In this document: positions 8,089-18,028 of the stretch, piece by piece
Numbering within the stretch: the stretch's first letter is position 1
Layout: each line of letters starts with the position of its first letter
Source of the DNA: a virus
Lineage: Duplodnaviria > Caudoviricetes
DNA length: 56,064 nt
Strand: one strand, 5' to 3'
Virus record (IMG/VR): IMGVR_UViG_3300024500_000038
Span: 1-56,064 of that record
The notes under the pieces: model-generated
The model's database searches: none
What the model was told of the DNA's origin: nothing
Seen by the model: only the letters and a program-made list of their open reading frames with translations
Made by a program: the position numbers and the translations under genes

Positions 8089-11000
8089 ACGTGCCTCCTG
8101 TAAACGCCTTTCCAGGCTTACCCTGCTTCAACAGATCAATAATGTTAGGTGTTTGGTCTGCGGTGTACAGGTTCGTCTCTTGCTTGCGTTCCTTGATTGC
8201 CGCCTGCGGCTTAATCTCAGTCTTGAGACCGAAGCTGTTTAGCAATTGGCTCGCGATCGTGTAAGCAGATGTGTTGCCTTCATACTTGTCAGTTGCAGAC
8301 ATAGTGTCAAGTATCGTAGCAACAGCAGTAGGCATTCGCTCAACAACAGCATTTGAGAATCTAACATCATCCATCCAAGGTTGATAGCTGCCATTTATCT
8401 CAATAAGACGAGGTTTGACGAACTTGTCATACACATACTTAAAGCTTTCGCTTTCACCAAACATTGGTTCACCAATAGGTGTGCGACCTGTGAAGAATGC
8501 ACCAGATATGAAGTTGTACAAAGGACTTGCCTTGTAAGTGAACTCGCGATGTAGGTCATCGAATGTATCGCGTAGTACCGTAGTTCCAGCTTCCTTAGCT
8601 TTCTTCTGCTCCGATGGTGTAATCATCCATGCGGCTTGAGCCAAGCGGAACCCAAGACGATAGTGGTCAAAGACGCCGGCTGGAGGGTCAATCCTAAAGT
8701 CCCCAACTCTAATACGTCCAAAGTTTCTATCCGTATTAGTTTCTACTTCAGTGCCTTCAGGCAGTTTATCTGCAATCAACTGAGAGAAGAACATCAAGAA
8801 CATCCATGCTCCTGCCATTCTCGCCCACATCTTCATACCGATAGCAGTTGCAGCCTTATCACCCTTGTATAGATCAAATACGGGGTTATCCTGACCCATA
8901 ACATTACGCATGAATCCAAAGTAAGAAGATGACAGGACGTTATTGATTACTGGGTCTATCAATGCCCTAGATAGTAACCAACGTGGAGCGGTGAACAATA
9001 CTTTGAATATACGTGAAGCCTTAGCATCCGTCTCGGTGTTGGTAGAGTATTTGATATCACCCACACTAACCGCAAGTATCCGCGCTGAATCACGAAGCGC
9101 AGTTTTGTACTTTTCGGATCCTGGTATATAACCGTGTGCCATGATTGCTTTCTTCATGTGATCAAACTGAAGAAGTAGAACCATGTCATGAACGATGGCG
9201 TTGTAACGCTCGAACATTCCCTGGCCTGGAATGTGTTGCGTCCAACGTCCTTTAAGGAACCATTCGTCGTTCGTTCCTAGTTCGTCAATGTCCATAAGCG
9301 TTGTCTTACAGTCATCGATAGTAGCGTTAGGATTAACGCGGCGTAGGTTATACAACTCAAGATCAAGAGCATCCTGTAGGCGCTCATCGATTGTGAACAT
9401 AGTTAAAGGAAGCTGAGCTTCGCGTGCTTCCTCGTATACATCCATTGCACGCAGTTCGTTGCCGATCTTGTGGAACACTTCGCGTCCAAACTTGCGAGTG
9501 CCATACGTCTTTCCATTGAACTCAAGTTGCATGTTAGGCGCGAAGAATCCACGGAAGCCGGCGATCAAAGCCTTCATACCAACAGCTGGGTTCGTCAGGA
9601 GAATAAGTCCAGCCTGCAATGTTGTAAATGCAAAGTCAGCTGAAAGCACAAGGCGGGTAATGTCATTGAACTGGTCAACAATGTTGCCCAGTACTTGATA
9701 CTTTTCAGGCTTCTTGACTGGGTTAAATTTCTCTGGCATCGAAGGTCCGCGCATGTCAGAGTAGTCAACACGAATTGGCATAGGCGCCGGAGTCGCATCG
9801 TATGCCATGTCATCCGTAGAATCGACGCGCTCGTACATGACGGTCAATGGCTCAGCAGTTCGTGTTACCTTGACCGATGTATCTTTCTTGGTCCATGACG
9901 CAACATTAAGTGCTGCATGAGAGTTACGTGGCACAGCGATGTTTTGCAAAGCGTTGTCACCGCCAACACTGTGTTTCACATTAAGGAATACAATACCGTC
10001 GCGGTTCTTATGCTTAGCTAGTAACTTACTAACGGTACCAGCATCCATACCGCCACCGTTTAGATCAATGACCTGTGGGTTGTCCATACGGACATACTTC
10101 ATCTTCTTGTTCTGGCCAGTTAGCCTATCAACACCAGATGGAAGTATGTATCCTTGAGCGGAACGCAACCAGATCGACGTTGGTGTGTCAGGTACAAAGC
10201 CTATCGTAACCAATGGTTTTCCAGTGCGTGGACGCAGAGCCGCTTCCTTGTACGCGGTCGCATCTTTCAGTACTGTTCGCGCAACATCAAACTTTGTCTG
10301 CTTCATATCAAGCTTTAATGCCATTTGAACTGAAGCGTTTTTAGTATTGCCGTCTGCTGCAAAATCTACGATTCGCTTGATTGTTTTAGGCGTTTTCTCA
10401 CCACGATAGAAGTCATCAAGTGCAATCGACAATGAATCCATATCGTCGTCAGTTACGACTGCTGATGACGCCATGTCCTCCATAATGGCCAACGCATCCT
10501 GGCCGGCCATATAGCGACGAATACTACTCAGGTATGCGGGTGGAACATCTCCTATGGTCACATCAGGCCGGATATCCGCATTGGCTACCGATTCCACAAG
10601 TGGATGACCACCAGACCATTGCTTAAACTCTGGCGATTCGGTACGTGCATAATGAGCAGCAGCTTGATTAGGCGACATACCCATGACCTTGGTCATCAAG
10701 CGGAATGCGTGAGATGAGTTGCCACGGTAATCACGAACAGCAGTTACCTTGCCATTGTTACCAATCGTTATGCGGTCAGCCTTTGCTAGATCAACCATGC
10801 CACGCTTGGTCTGCGCCAATATATCTGGCTGCTGAATGAAAGTATCGGTTGCAGCAGCGTCATCGAATGTGTCAACACTGTCGAACATGAATTGGGACAT
10901 TGGTATTACGGTATTTACATTTTCTTCACCTCCCCATTCCATTAAATGAGCTGCTGTCAGCACATACCTATTAATAGGCATTTTTGTATCTCGAAGAACG

Positions 11001-14000
11001 AGACCGGCGTTAACGGATAGTGCCTTTACCGTATTACTGACTGGTAACGGAACTATAGTTCCGTCTTCTTTACGAAGCTTAGCATCACCATTACGACTTA
11101 CGATAACCGTACCTTTTGGTACGTCGCTGCTACCTTTAACACGTTGATATGTAAATGAGTCGCCCTCCATACCTCTAGGTGCATAGGCAAAATCGCTACC
11201 TCGACCTTCTTTTGTGTTAAGCGTCCAAATGTTTGCAACAGCCTTATTGGCTTCGATACCAGATGCAACTAATCGTTGCATGTATGCACGGTGAACCTTG
11301 TTGTAGTCTCCATTAGGGACAAGTTGCGCGCTGAGAGTAACGGCCATTTTACCGATAGTTGTATGTAAGGAGAGTGCTGACGCAACTTCACCTACTGTAA
11401 CAAGATTACGAAGATAACCTATAGATGCTTGATGAGCTGAAGTGTAATCACCAAATTCAGACAACTCGCGGAATGTCTGAAGCATATCTTTAATAGGTTC
11501 TCTAAATTTTTCAACACGCCGCTTATTATCTCCAAGTCCTTCAAGGAAATCGGTTATGTGTTTGTCCGTTAAAGATCCGTTGTAAAGAGCAACAAGTTGA
11601 TCGCGAGTTACATCTGTACTCCTAACGTTGAATGCATTGTCATTAGCATATTCGGGAACAGAGTTAAACACCTCTGGATCTTTAATCATATTAAGGAGAG
11701 TTTCTCTAACTGTTCCATCCGTTTTAACCACCGATGACATATTAGACAGGAACTTGTGAACAACAGGATGATTTATTCCGTTACGCAAATATTGGCTATT
11801 GTGTAAGAATGACGCAAGCTGTACTAGACCAGAGAACCCCTCATTGCGATACATACGGCGAATAACTGTTATCGGTTGTACGCCTTCAAGCATCTCTGGT
11901 GTAACGTCGCGAACGAGTCCATCAATACTTGTTCGCATGATGTACGCCAAGTTTTCGACATTAGCCGTACTTAGCAGTGGGTCGTAAACACGGGTTGATG
12001 CAGATGGTTGTGCAATGCGCATTTTGAGGACACTGTCAAACATCTCACCATTTACATCTGCATATTGCGTTGCAAAGTTGGTGTATGCATCTTTTGTTTC
12101 CTGGCTACGAATAATGCGTCCTAACGTATGGACGTTGATACCAGGACCAAAGCTCGGATGCTTTTCAATGATCTGTCGCCGGAAGTCAACACCAATACCA
12201 ATAGGAGCAGTGTTTGATCCTGAAATAGAGAATATCTGTTGACTAGGATCGATAAGACCAAAGTCTTTAAGTCTTGGAGGGTTTGAGAAAACAAACACGT
12301 TTTCGCGTGGGATACCCAATGACTTAGCAAGGTCAGAATACGCCTCAATCGTAGCATCGGACATATTGATGTCTTTGATTAGGAATATCGGGAAATCGTA
12401 ATCACGCTTAGTTAATGGTTTATCCGACTCGTACGTGTTGTATGCTATTCGACCGCGAGGCATCCATACGTCACCGGTGTCATCGTCACCAGTTCCATCT
12501 TCATCGTCTCCAGTGCCGTCTTCGTCACCGGTGTCGTCACCTGTACCGTCTCCGAAGTCATCTCCGGATCCGTCACCGTCTCCACCATCGTCAGGCCCAC
12601 CTGTACCCGATTCATCAGCGGTACCATCGCCAGGCTCGGTGAAGCCCTCAAACATCTGTGGCTCGACAGCCTCAAGCCACTTCATGTTTTCGTCGTAGTA
12701 AGAACCGATGAACGAACTCAATGTATCCATCAAGTTAGCGTTCATACCATTGGTTAATCCACCGTATTCGATAACACTACTTATCGGAATCTCAAAGACG
12801 GAACGACCATCTGTAACGCTTACAAAACCAACGCGTGTACGGCTTTCAGGGTAGCGATCAAACTCTGCCTGATCTACTGTCGTAGCCTTCTTAGCAGTAA
12901 CCCATCGCTTACTTCCGTTATGATTGATGTATAGGCCAGTTCCAGCGTAAATCTTTGCACCAGTGTATGGCGCACGCCATCGCACTGTGTAAGTACCATC
13001 AGGACCGCGCCGAATTGGTCTCTTACTCGCAATTGTTTGTATGACGCTATTCAGGTAACGACGAGTACCCTGATAAACCGTGTTGAGCGCCTGCGCTGGT
13101 TGTACCTGCTTTCGTACTCTAGTCCCATCACTTTGCAGTACCTCTTCGACTCGTCGTGGCGCCATACCGTTTTGGATATCAGCAACCATCATTGCCACTA
13201 ATTGTTCTTCAATATGTGTAGGTAAGTTATCTATATCAGTAACTTCATTGATACCTGCACGGCTTAGCTGGTTCACTAACTTGCGACGTGACGCAGAATC
13301 CATACCACGGATAAGCGCATGTACGACTTCATGGATACCAGTCAACTGATCACGGGCAGCCAAACCAACGATGACATTCGATGACATACCAGTTTGTTTT
13401 GCACGCTTGAATATGAATCCGGTTGCTTCACCATCAAGTTTGGTGACATCATTGATAAAAGCAAACGATGCGAGTCGTTCTTTGTAGAACACGCGCATAT
13501 AAGCAGCAACACTTTTGAGTACATCAGGATCCGTGTTAAACATTTCCCGATAAACTTTTTCGTCAAGAAGGTTGCCTTCATCATCTCTGACTTCGACAAC
13601 TGCTTCCCCTGGCCGACCAGATGTCATTAACGCAGCATGTGTATCTAACGCTACACGTCCGCTTCCTTCGACTTGACGCATCGCCCAGGCTCTCGCAAAG
13701 TTATCGACTATACCTGTAAAGAAATAGGCACCATCGTTACTGAAATTGAATTGTTCAACCAATACAGTCTGTAACTGTCTGCGGTTCGCTACTTGGGTTG
13801 CGTCAGCTTCGACTACATCTCCACCGATGTCAAGTAGTACCTTCTCAATGACACGATTATTAACCACGTCAGATGGAGCTTCGTCTATATTCGGCCGCTC
13901 TCGAATACGGCGGCGCGACCTTCCACGGGATCTACCGGCGTCCTCTGCATCAGCACGCGCAGCCTCAAGTTCACGTTTAAGTCTTTCAAGTTCGGCCCGT

Positions 14001-17000
14001 GCCGCTTGGATTTCAGCCAGGTAAGCTTCTTCTCGTTGCTTAGCCTCGTCCATAGCCTTGTTCAACTTGTCTGTAAGTTCGGCTAAAGCAGCATCACTAA
14101 TTTGTGTCGCCAACTGCAAGTTGGATGATCGTTCGTTCGCGTCAGTGATAGCCTTTGTCAGAGCCTCGATAAGGTCCTGCATCGATGTAAGATCAGTGCT
14201 TGTCTGTGGACGCCCATTCTCTATTATGCGTTGTAGACTTGCGATAGCCGCCTCGTATTGTGCCTTCTGGTCTAACAGTTCCCTGCGGAGATCGTCAGCG
14301 ACTCTACGGGCTTCCTCACTGCTTGCCGCTGCCGCAGCAGCAGCTGCCTGCCCAAGTTCTGTACGAATCTTAGCCAGCTCTTCACGTAGAAGCGCCTGTT
14401 GTTCAGATGCACGACCTTGCTCCTCAGCTAACTTTTTCGTTAGTTCTTCGATGGCAAGTCTAGCTGCTTCCAGTTCTGCTGTCTTTGCTGCCTTTAATCG
14501 GTCAACCTCAATCTGCTGTCGTCGAAGTTCGCGGTTGGCTTCTTCTTGGATGCGACGTGCTTCCAATTGTTTATCGAGCATCTCACGTCGGAATTGGCGA
14601 TCACGCTCACGTTCAGCCTCGCGCTTTGCTTCAGCCTCTTCACGCTCGCGTTTACGAGCCTCTGCCTTATCGGCAAGTTCAGCTGCTCGGCGTGCCTTCT
14701 CTGCATCCTCTGCGGTGGCATCTGCAAGATGAGCTGTTACTACAAATGTTCGGTCACGAACAGCCTGGCCCGTAGCATATGCAACAGAGTACTGAATTGC
14801 TTTATTGACTGCTTCGCGACGATCTAGTGTTGACGCAGGTGTGTATACAGCATCTGGTGTACCAGTTGCGTCAGGACTAGACATAGAGTTATAGAGATTG
14901 AAACTTCCGTCCGGATTACCTCGAAGCGCATACGTCGTACGATAGTCTCCAGTAACCTCACCTTTAGGGTTGAATTCTTGCAGGCGCAGTTGCAGAGAGA
15001 CAGTACCGTTTTCGTTACGATCTATTGTTCCGTATACGTGCTTGTATCTGGTTCGGACGTTGAATGTTCGGGCTGAACTAAATTCTGTCGTAGCCTCAGT
15101 ATCTGCGACGTCAGTATCAACTGACTCACGCATCGGTAGTTCATCTCTACCAAGGATTTCTGGATCACCTTCAACAGCGTCTTCATCCGCAGTTTCACCT
15201 TCTACGCCAGTAGTATCCTCAATAATCGGTGTTTCAACTTCGGCTTCTGGTTCAGCAGTGCCGAGTTCCGGGAACATATCAGTGAAGTCTTCTGTTTCCA
15301 ACAGATTACGCAAAGCACTATTGACACGGCCCTTGGTTGCAGATGTTAGTTCAATGACATCAACATCTTCAGTAGCACGCGATTCTACTGGCGTCATTTC
15401 TGGTGTTTCTGCTGTACCTTCGCCAACTTCAGCAGATGTACGCGCAGATACTGATCCGACGCGGCCGTCACCGTCCACGTCTTCACCAATCATAGTTTCA
15501 GCTTCAGCTGGAGTAATGGGATTACCCAACTGGTCTGCGACAACCATATTGTTTTGAACAACAAAGGCAGCTTTACGTGGTTGATCAACTAGGCGGACTT
15601 TGTAACCACGGGGTGTTAGTTCTGTAATGATAGCGGTTTGCTGGCCAAACTCAGCGGTCATGACGTCTACAACATCGGCACGCTTGAACCTGCCATCTGC
15701 TGGCTCAAATCCCATAGCCTCTTCGACGTCGGCAGCAATCTCGGAACGAGCGGCTTCGATCGCCAGGTCTCTAGCCTTCTTATCGGTAATAGCCCGTGCA
15801 TTATCGAACAGGTAACTCTTAGCGGACCGAGCGCGTGATACGGCTCTATTCTGTTCTGGTGTTAGTTCTACTACGTCAGCGGTGTTCGTATCTGGGTCAT
15901 AGAACTTCCATTGCATGCGACCGACACGCTCTTGTGGTGCTAGTTCACCAAGATATGTTGGGAAGTATTCGTCACGTATGTTTCCAAGGACTTCTGGTTT
16001 TGCACCAGATGTATCCTCAATGTTGATTTGACCTTCGTTTACACGGATGTGTGTGCCGTCTGGCAAACCAACGATATACATACCCTGACGTGGGTCACCA
16101 ACTGCTTTGATTACGCGACCAGGAATTGGTTCCATACCTTCTTCAAGGTAGATATTCTGCTTGTAAACGTATCGGTCGGCGTTATCAAAGTTATCCGGAT
16201 TGAACTGCGATGGTCTTTCGTTTGGCGCAACACCTTGAGCAGCCATCGTATCGACCAGCTTTTCGGCAATCTTCTTGTTAGAGATTGCGCTAACCGGGAC
16301 AACCATGATCTTACTGCGGCCATCAGGTGTTACATCACGCACAACTACGCCGGCGTCTCTCGAGATACCAATTACGTTTCGCGTTACACCAGATCGCCTA
16401 TCACTGTAGGCAATGACTGGCTGTCGTTGGAACAGTGCAGTAATCGTCTGCAATTGTTCTGCTGCGTATTGTGAGCGACGGCCTTCCAAAGGTAACGCCA
16501 TATCTTCAAAGATAGTCGCTTTGCGATTCTTACGATCGAAGACAGCATACTCAGCACCAGCAAGTATCGGTCTACCTGCGGCGTCCACACCAGGGCTATA
16601 TCGACCACCAAGGTTCAGGCGCTGTAGTCCCTCATCACCGTAAGGCGTGATTTCTGACTCTATTGGACGAGCTGGTCTACCTAATTCACGGGACTGTCGA
16701 AGCTCTGTAAGCTTATTCAATGCATAGGCAGGATCTGTAATCTTATTCGCAAATTCAAACGACGCCTTGCCAAGTGGAGTTTCGCCACCAAGCAATGCAC
16801 CAATCGCGCCATTGAATAGAATCTCCTGCGGAGACAAACCAAAGCCACCCTTAGCTTTTGCCGCTTCACTCTGCTGGTACGATTCGAACATACCTTGCGC
16901 GGCTTCGATGGAGCGGTCACCAATGTCGCTGACAGTTGCTTGTACCTGTGTATTCTTTAGTGCTTTGGTCACACCACGACGGGATATCTGACGTGCGGCC

Positions 17001-17986
17001 TCACGGATACCGACGCCAGGGATTTTTAGGCTAGGCGCAAAGAATGTAAGGTCTCCGGCAAGTGAACCAGCTTGTGACATCAGTGGGTAATCTGCTGCTA
17101 ATTGACCTCGATAGTCTTCCTTTGCTTTAAGAGCAGCTGACCCTAACATTAGACCAAAAGCTTTGTCATTGATAGCAGAGTTAATGTCTGTACCAATCGT
17201 GCCGCCGCCAGCAGCTCCAAGTAAACCAGCCATAAGGTACGCGGCACCCTTGTATTTCTTAGGTGCTAACGCAGCTGCTAATCCACCGGCTCCACGGAAG
17301 CCCAGTGTGCCTCCAAAGATGGTTCCTGGCATAGATGCTATGCGTTCTTGGTAAGGTGTACCAAACGCTTCGCCAGCCGCGATGAGAGGGTTGTTACTTT
17401 GTTGGTAGGCCAGACTTGGGTCACCACTTTGTCTTCCTTCAACAAAAGCCTGAATGGGTTTGTAAATACCAGAGATCACGCCAACGCCTGCGTCTGGAAG
17501 TTGCTGGAAGCCCGTCTGTAAATCCCGGAATGTATATGGCTGTTCATTCCATCGCTGCACGTCGTCGCGCGTATACTTTAACTTATCAAGATAAGCTTCT
17601 TCGTCCTCGCGAGTCTTCTGTATCTGTTGTCCAAAGTCTTCTTTGGCAGACTGCCTTAGTCCATAGATAGCTTCTGGTGATAGGTCTGGACGATACTCGT
17701 TATCAGGCGTAAAGTACTGTCGCTTATCTTGGTCATTGACAAGTTCAATAGCACGACTTGCTTTGAACTTAGCTAATGTAACTTTGTCCTCGCGTGAAAC
17801 TAAGCCTTCCTTGAACAGCCTGTCTACATTGCGGGTAAATGATTTGGAAAATAAAACGTCATCGTATTGACTACCGTTAGCAATATACTCTCGCGCACCT
17901 GCTTTAGTAGTTAAGTCCGGGGAATCCCGCAGAGCCTTAATAGTCGGAGCAATTGATTGATATTGTCTAAGTTGACGTTCATTCAT
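8081..17986 (-). CDS. giant (3301 aa) internal virion / ejection protein, polyvalent-like
   Basis: Last of three large genes after the tail genes; HExxH motif, degenerate ART-like segment, coiled coil, D/G linker; nearly Cys-free. Confidence 0.75.
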   Translation of the reverse strand: MNERQLRQYQSIAPTIKALRDSPDLTTKAGAREYIANGSQYDDVLFSKSFTRNVDRLFKEGLVSREDKVTLAKFKASRAIELVNDQDKRQYFTPDNEYRPDLSPEAIYGLRQSAKEDFGQQIQKTREDEEAYLDKLKYTRDDVQRWNEQPYTFRDLQTGFQQLPDAGVGVISGIYKPIQAFVEGRQSGDPSLAYQQSNNPLIAAGEAFGTPYQERIASMPGTIFGGTLGFRGAGGLAAALAPKKYKGAAYLMAGLLGAAGGGTIGTDINSAINDKAFGLMLGSAALKAKEDYRGQLAADYPLMSQAGSLAGDLTFFAPSLKIPGVGIREAARQISRRGVTKALKNTQVQATVSDIGDRSIEAAQGMFESYQQSEAAKAKGGFGLSPQEILFNGAIGALLGGETPLGKASFEFANKITDPAYALNKLTELRQSRELGRPARPIESEITPYGDEGLQRLNLGGRYSPGVDAAGRPILAGAEYAVFDRKNRKATIFEDMALPLEGRRSQYAAEQLQTITALFQRQPVIAYSDRRSGVTRNVIGISRDAGVVVRDVTPDGRSKIMVVPVSAISNKKIAEKLVDTMAAQGVAPNERPSQFNPDNFDNADRYVYKQNIYLEEGMEPIPGRVIKAVGDPRQGMYIVGLPDGTHIRVNEGQINIEDTSGAKPEVLGNIRDEYFPTYLGELAPQERVGRMQWKFYDPDTNTADVVELTPEQNRAVSRARSAKSYLFDNARAITDKKARDLAIEAARSEIAADVEEAMGFEPADGRFKRADVVDVMTAEFGQQTAIITELTPRGYKVRLVDQPRKAAFVVQNNMVVADQLGNPITPAEAETMIGEDVDGDGRVGSVSARTSAEVGEGTAETPEMTPVESRATEDVDVIELTSATKGRVNSALRNLLETEDFTDMFPELGTAEPEAEVETPIIEDTTGVEGETADEDAVEGDPEILGRDELPMRESVDTDVADTEATTEFSSARTFNVRTRYKHVYGTIDRNENGTVSLQLRLQEFNPKGEVTGDYRTTYALRGNPDGSFNLYNSMSSPDATGTPDAVYTPASTLDRREAVNKAIQYSVAYATGQAVRDRTFVVTAHLADATAEDAEKARRAAELADKAEARKREREEAEAKREAERERDRQFRREMLDKQLEARRIQEEANRELRRQQIEVDRLKAAKTAELEAARLAIEELTKKLAEEQGRASEQQALLREELAKIRTELGQAAAAAAAASSEEARRVADDLRRELLDQKAQYEAAIASLQRIIENGRPQTSTDLTSMQDLIEALTKAITDANERSSNLQLATQISDAALAELTDKLNKAMDEAKQREEAYLAEIQAARAELERLKRELEAARADAEDAGRSRGRSRRRIRERPNIDEAPSDVVNNRVIEKVLLDIGGDVVEADATQVANRRQLQTVLVEQFNFSNDGAYFFTGIVDNFARAWAMRQVEGSGRVALDTHAALMTSGRPGEAVVEVRDDEGNLLDEKVYREMFNTDPDVLKSVAAYMRVFYKERLASFAFINDVTKLDGEATGFIFKRAKQTGMSSNVIVGLAARDQLTGIHEVVHALIRGMDSASRRKLVNQLSRAGINEVTDIDNLPTHIEEQLVAMMVADIQNGMAPRRVEEVLQSDGTRVRKQVQPAQALNTVYQGTRRYLNSVIQTIASKRPIRRGPDGTYTVRWRAPYTGAKIYAGTGLYINHNGSKRWVTAKKATTVDQAEFDRYPESRTRVGFVSVTDGRSVFEIPISSVIEYGGLTNGMNANLMDTLSSFIGSYYDENMKWLEAVEPQMFEGFTEPGDGTADESGTGGPDDGGDGDGSGDDFGDGTGDDTGDEDGTGDDEDGTGDDDTGDVWMPRGRIAYNTYESDKPLTKRDYDFPIFLIKDINMSDATIEAYSDLAKSLGIPRENVFVFSNPPRLKDFGLIDPSQQIFSISGSNTAPIGIGVDFRRQIIEKHPSFGPGINVHTLGRIIRSQETKDAYTNFATQYADVNGEMFDSVLKMRIAQPSASTRVYDPLLSTANVENLAYIMRTSIDGLVRDVTPEMLEGVQPITVIRRMYRNEGFSGLVQLASFLHNSQYLRNGINHPVVHKFLSNMSSVVKTDGTVRETLLNMIKDPEVFNSVPEYANDNAFNVRSTDVTRDQLVALYNGSLTDKHITDFLEGLGDNKRRVEKFREPIKDMLQTFRELSEFGDYTSAHQASIGYLRNLVTVGEVASALSLHTTIGKMAVTLSAQLVPNGDYNKVHRAYMQRLVASGIEANKAVANIWTLNTKEGRGSDFAYAPRGMEGDSFTYQRVKGSSDVPKGTVIVSRNGDAKLRKEDGTIVPLPVSNTVKALSVNAGLVLRDTKMPINRYVLTAAHLMEWGGEENVNTVIPMSQFMFDSVDTFDDAAATDTFIQQPDILAQTKRGMVDLAKADRITIGNNGKVTAVRDYRGNSSHAFRLMTKVMGMSPNQAAAHYARTESPEFKQWSGGHPLVESVANADIRPDVTIGDVPPAYLSSIRRYMAGQDALAIMEDMASSAVVTDDDMDSLSIALDDFYRGEKTPKTIKRIVDFAADGNTKNASVQMALKLDMKQTKFDVARTVLKDATAYKEAALRPRTGKPLVTIGFVPDTPTSIWLRSAQGYILPSGVDRLTGQNKKMKYVRMDNPQVIDLNGGGMDAGTVSKLLAKHKNRDGIVFLNVKHSVGGDNALQNIAVPRNSHAALNVASWTKKDTSVKVTRTAEPLTVMYERVDSTDDMAYDATPAPMPIRVDYSDMRGPSMPEKFNPVKKPEKYQVLGNIVDQFNDITRLVLSADFAFTTLQAGLILLTNPAVGMKALIAGFRGFFAPNMQLEFNGKTYGTRKFGREVFHKIGNELRAMDVYEEAREAQLPLTMFTIDERLQDALDLELYNLRRVNPNATIDDCKTTLMDIDELGTNDEWFLKGRWTQHIPGQGMFERYNAIVHDMVLLLQFDHMKKAIMAHGYIPGSEKYKTALRDSARILAVSVGDIKYSTNTETDAKASRIFKVLFTAPRWLLSRALIDPVINNVLSSSYFGFMRNVMGQDNPVFDLYKGDKAATAIGMKMWARMAGAWMFLMFFSQLIADKLPEGTEVETNTDRNFGRIRVGDFRIDPPAGVFDHYRLGFRLAQAAWMITPSEQKKAKEAGTTVLRDTFDDLHREFTYKASPLYNFISGAFFTGRTPIGEPMFGESESFKYVYDKFVKPRLIEINGSYQPWMDDVRFSNAVVERMPTAVATILDTMSATDKYEGNTSAYTIASQLLNSFGLKTEIKPQAAIKERKQETNLYTADQTPNIIDLLKQGKPGKAFTGGTYE
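12470..12640 (-). repeat. Asp/Gly-rich low-complexity linker (GDDTGDEDGT-like repeats)
   Basis: Degenerate tandem repeats inside the giant ORF. Confidence 0.8.
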
Positions 17987-18021
17987 ACCTGCATTGTACT
18001 GTAGAGTACTTTGCAGGTATG
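17984..18021 (-). promoter_or_regulatory. inverted repeat covering a TACAAT -10 and the giant-gene ATG
   Basis: CATACCTGCA-TT-GTACT-gtag-AGTAC-TT-TGCAGGTATG. Confidence 0.65.
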
Positions 18022-18028
18022 GCTTGCA

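Noticed and set aside
8081-17986. Giant protein as an N4-like virion RNA polymerase (similar size, nearly Cys-free, hairpins elsewhere in the genome)
   Set aside because: I could not find the single-subunit RNAP motifs A/B/C or a DxDGD in a credible context; polyvalent-protein motifs fit better. Not fully excluded without a structure search.
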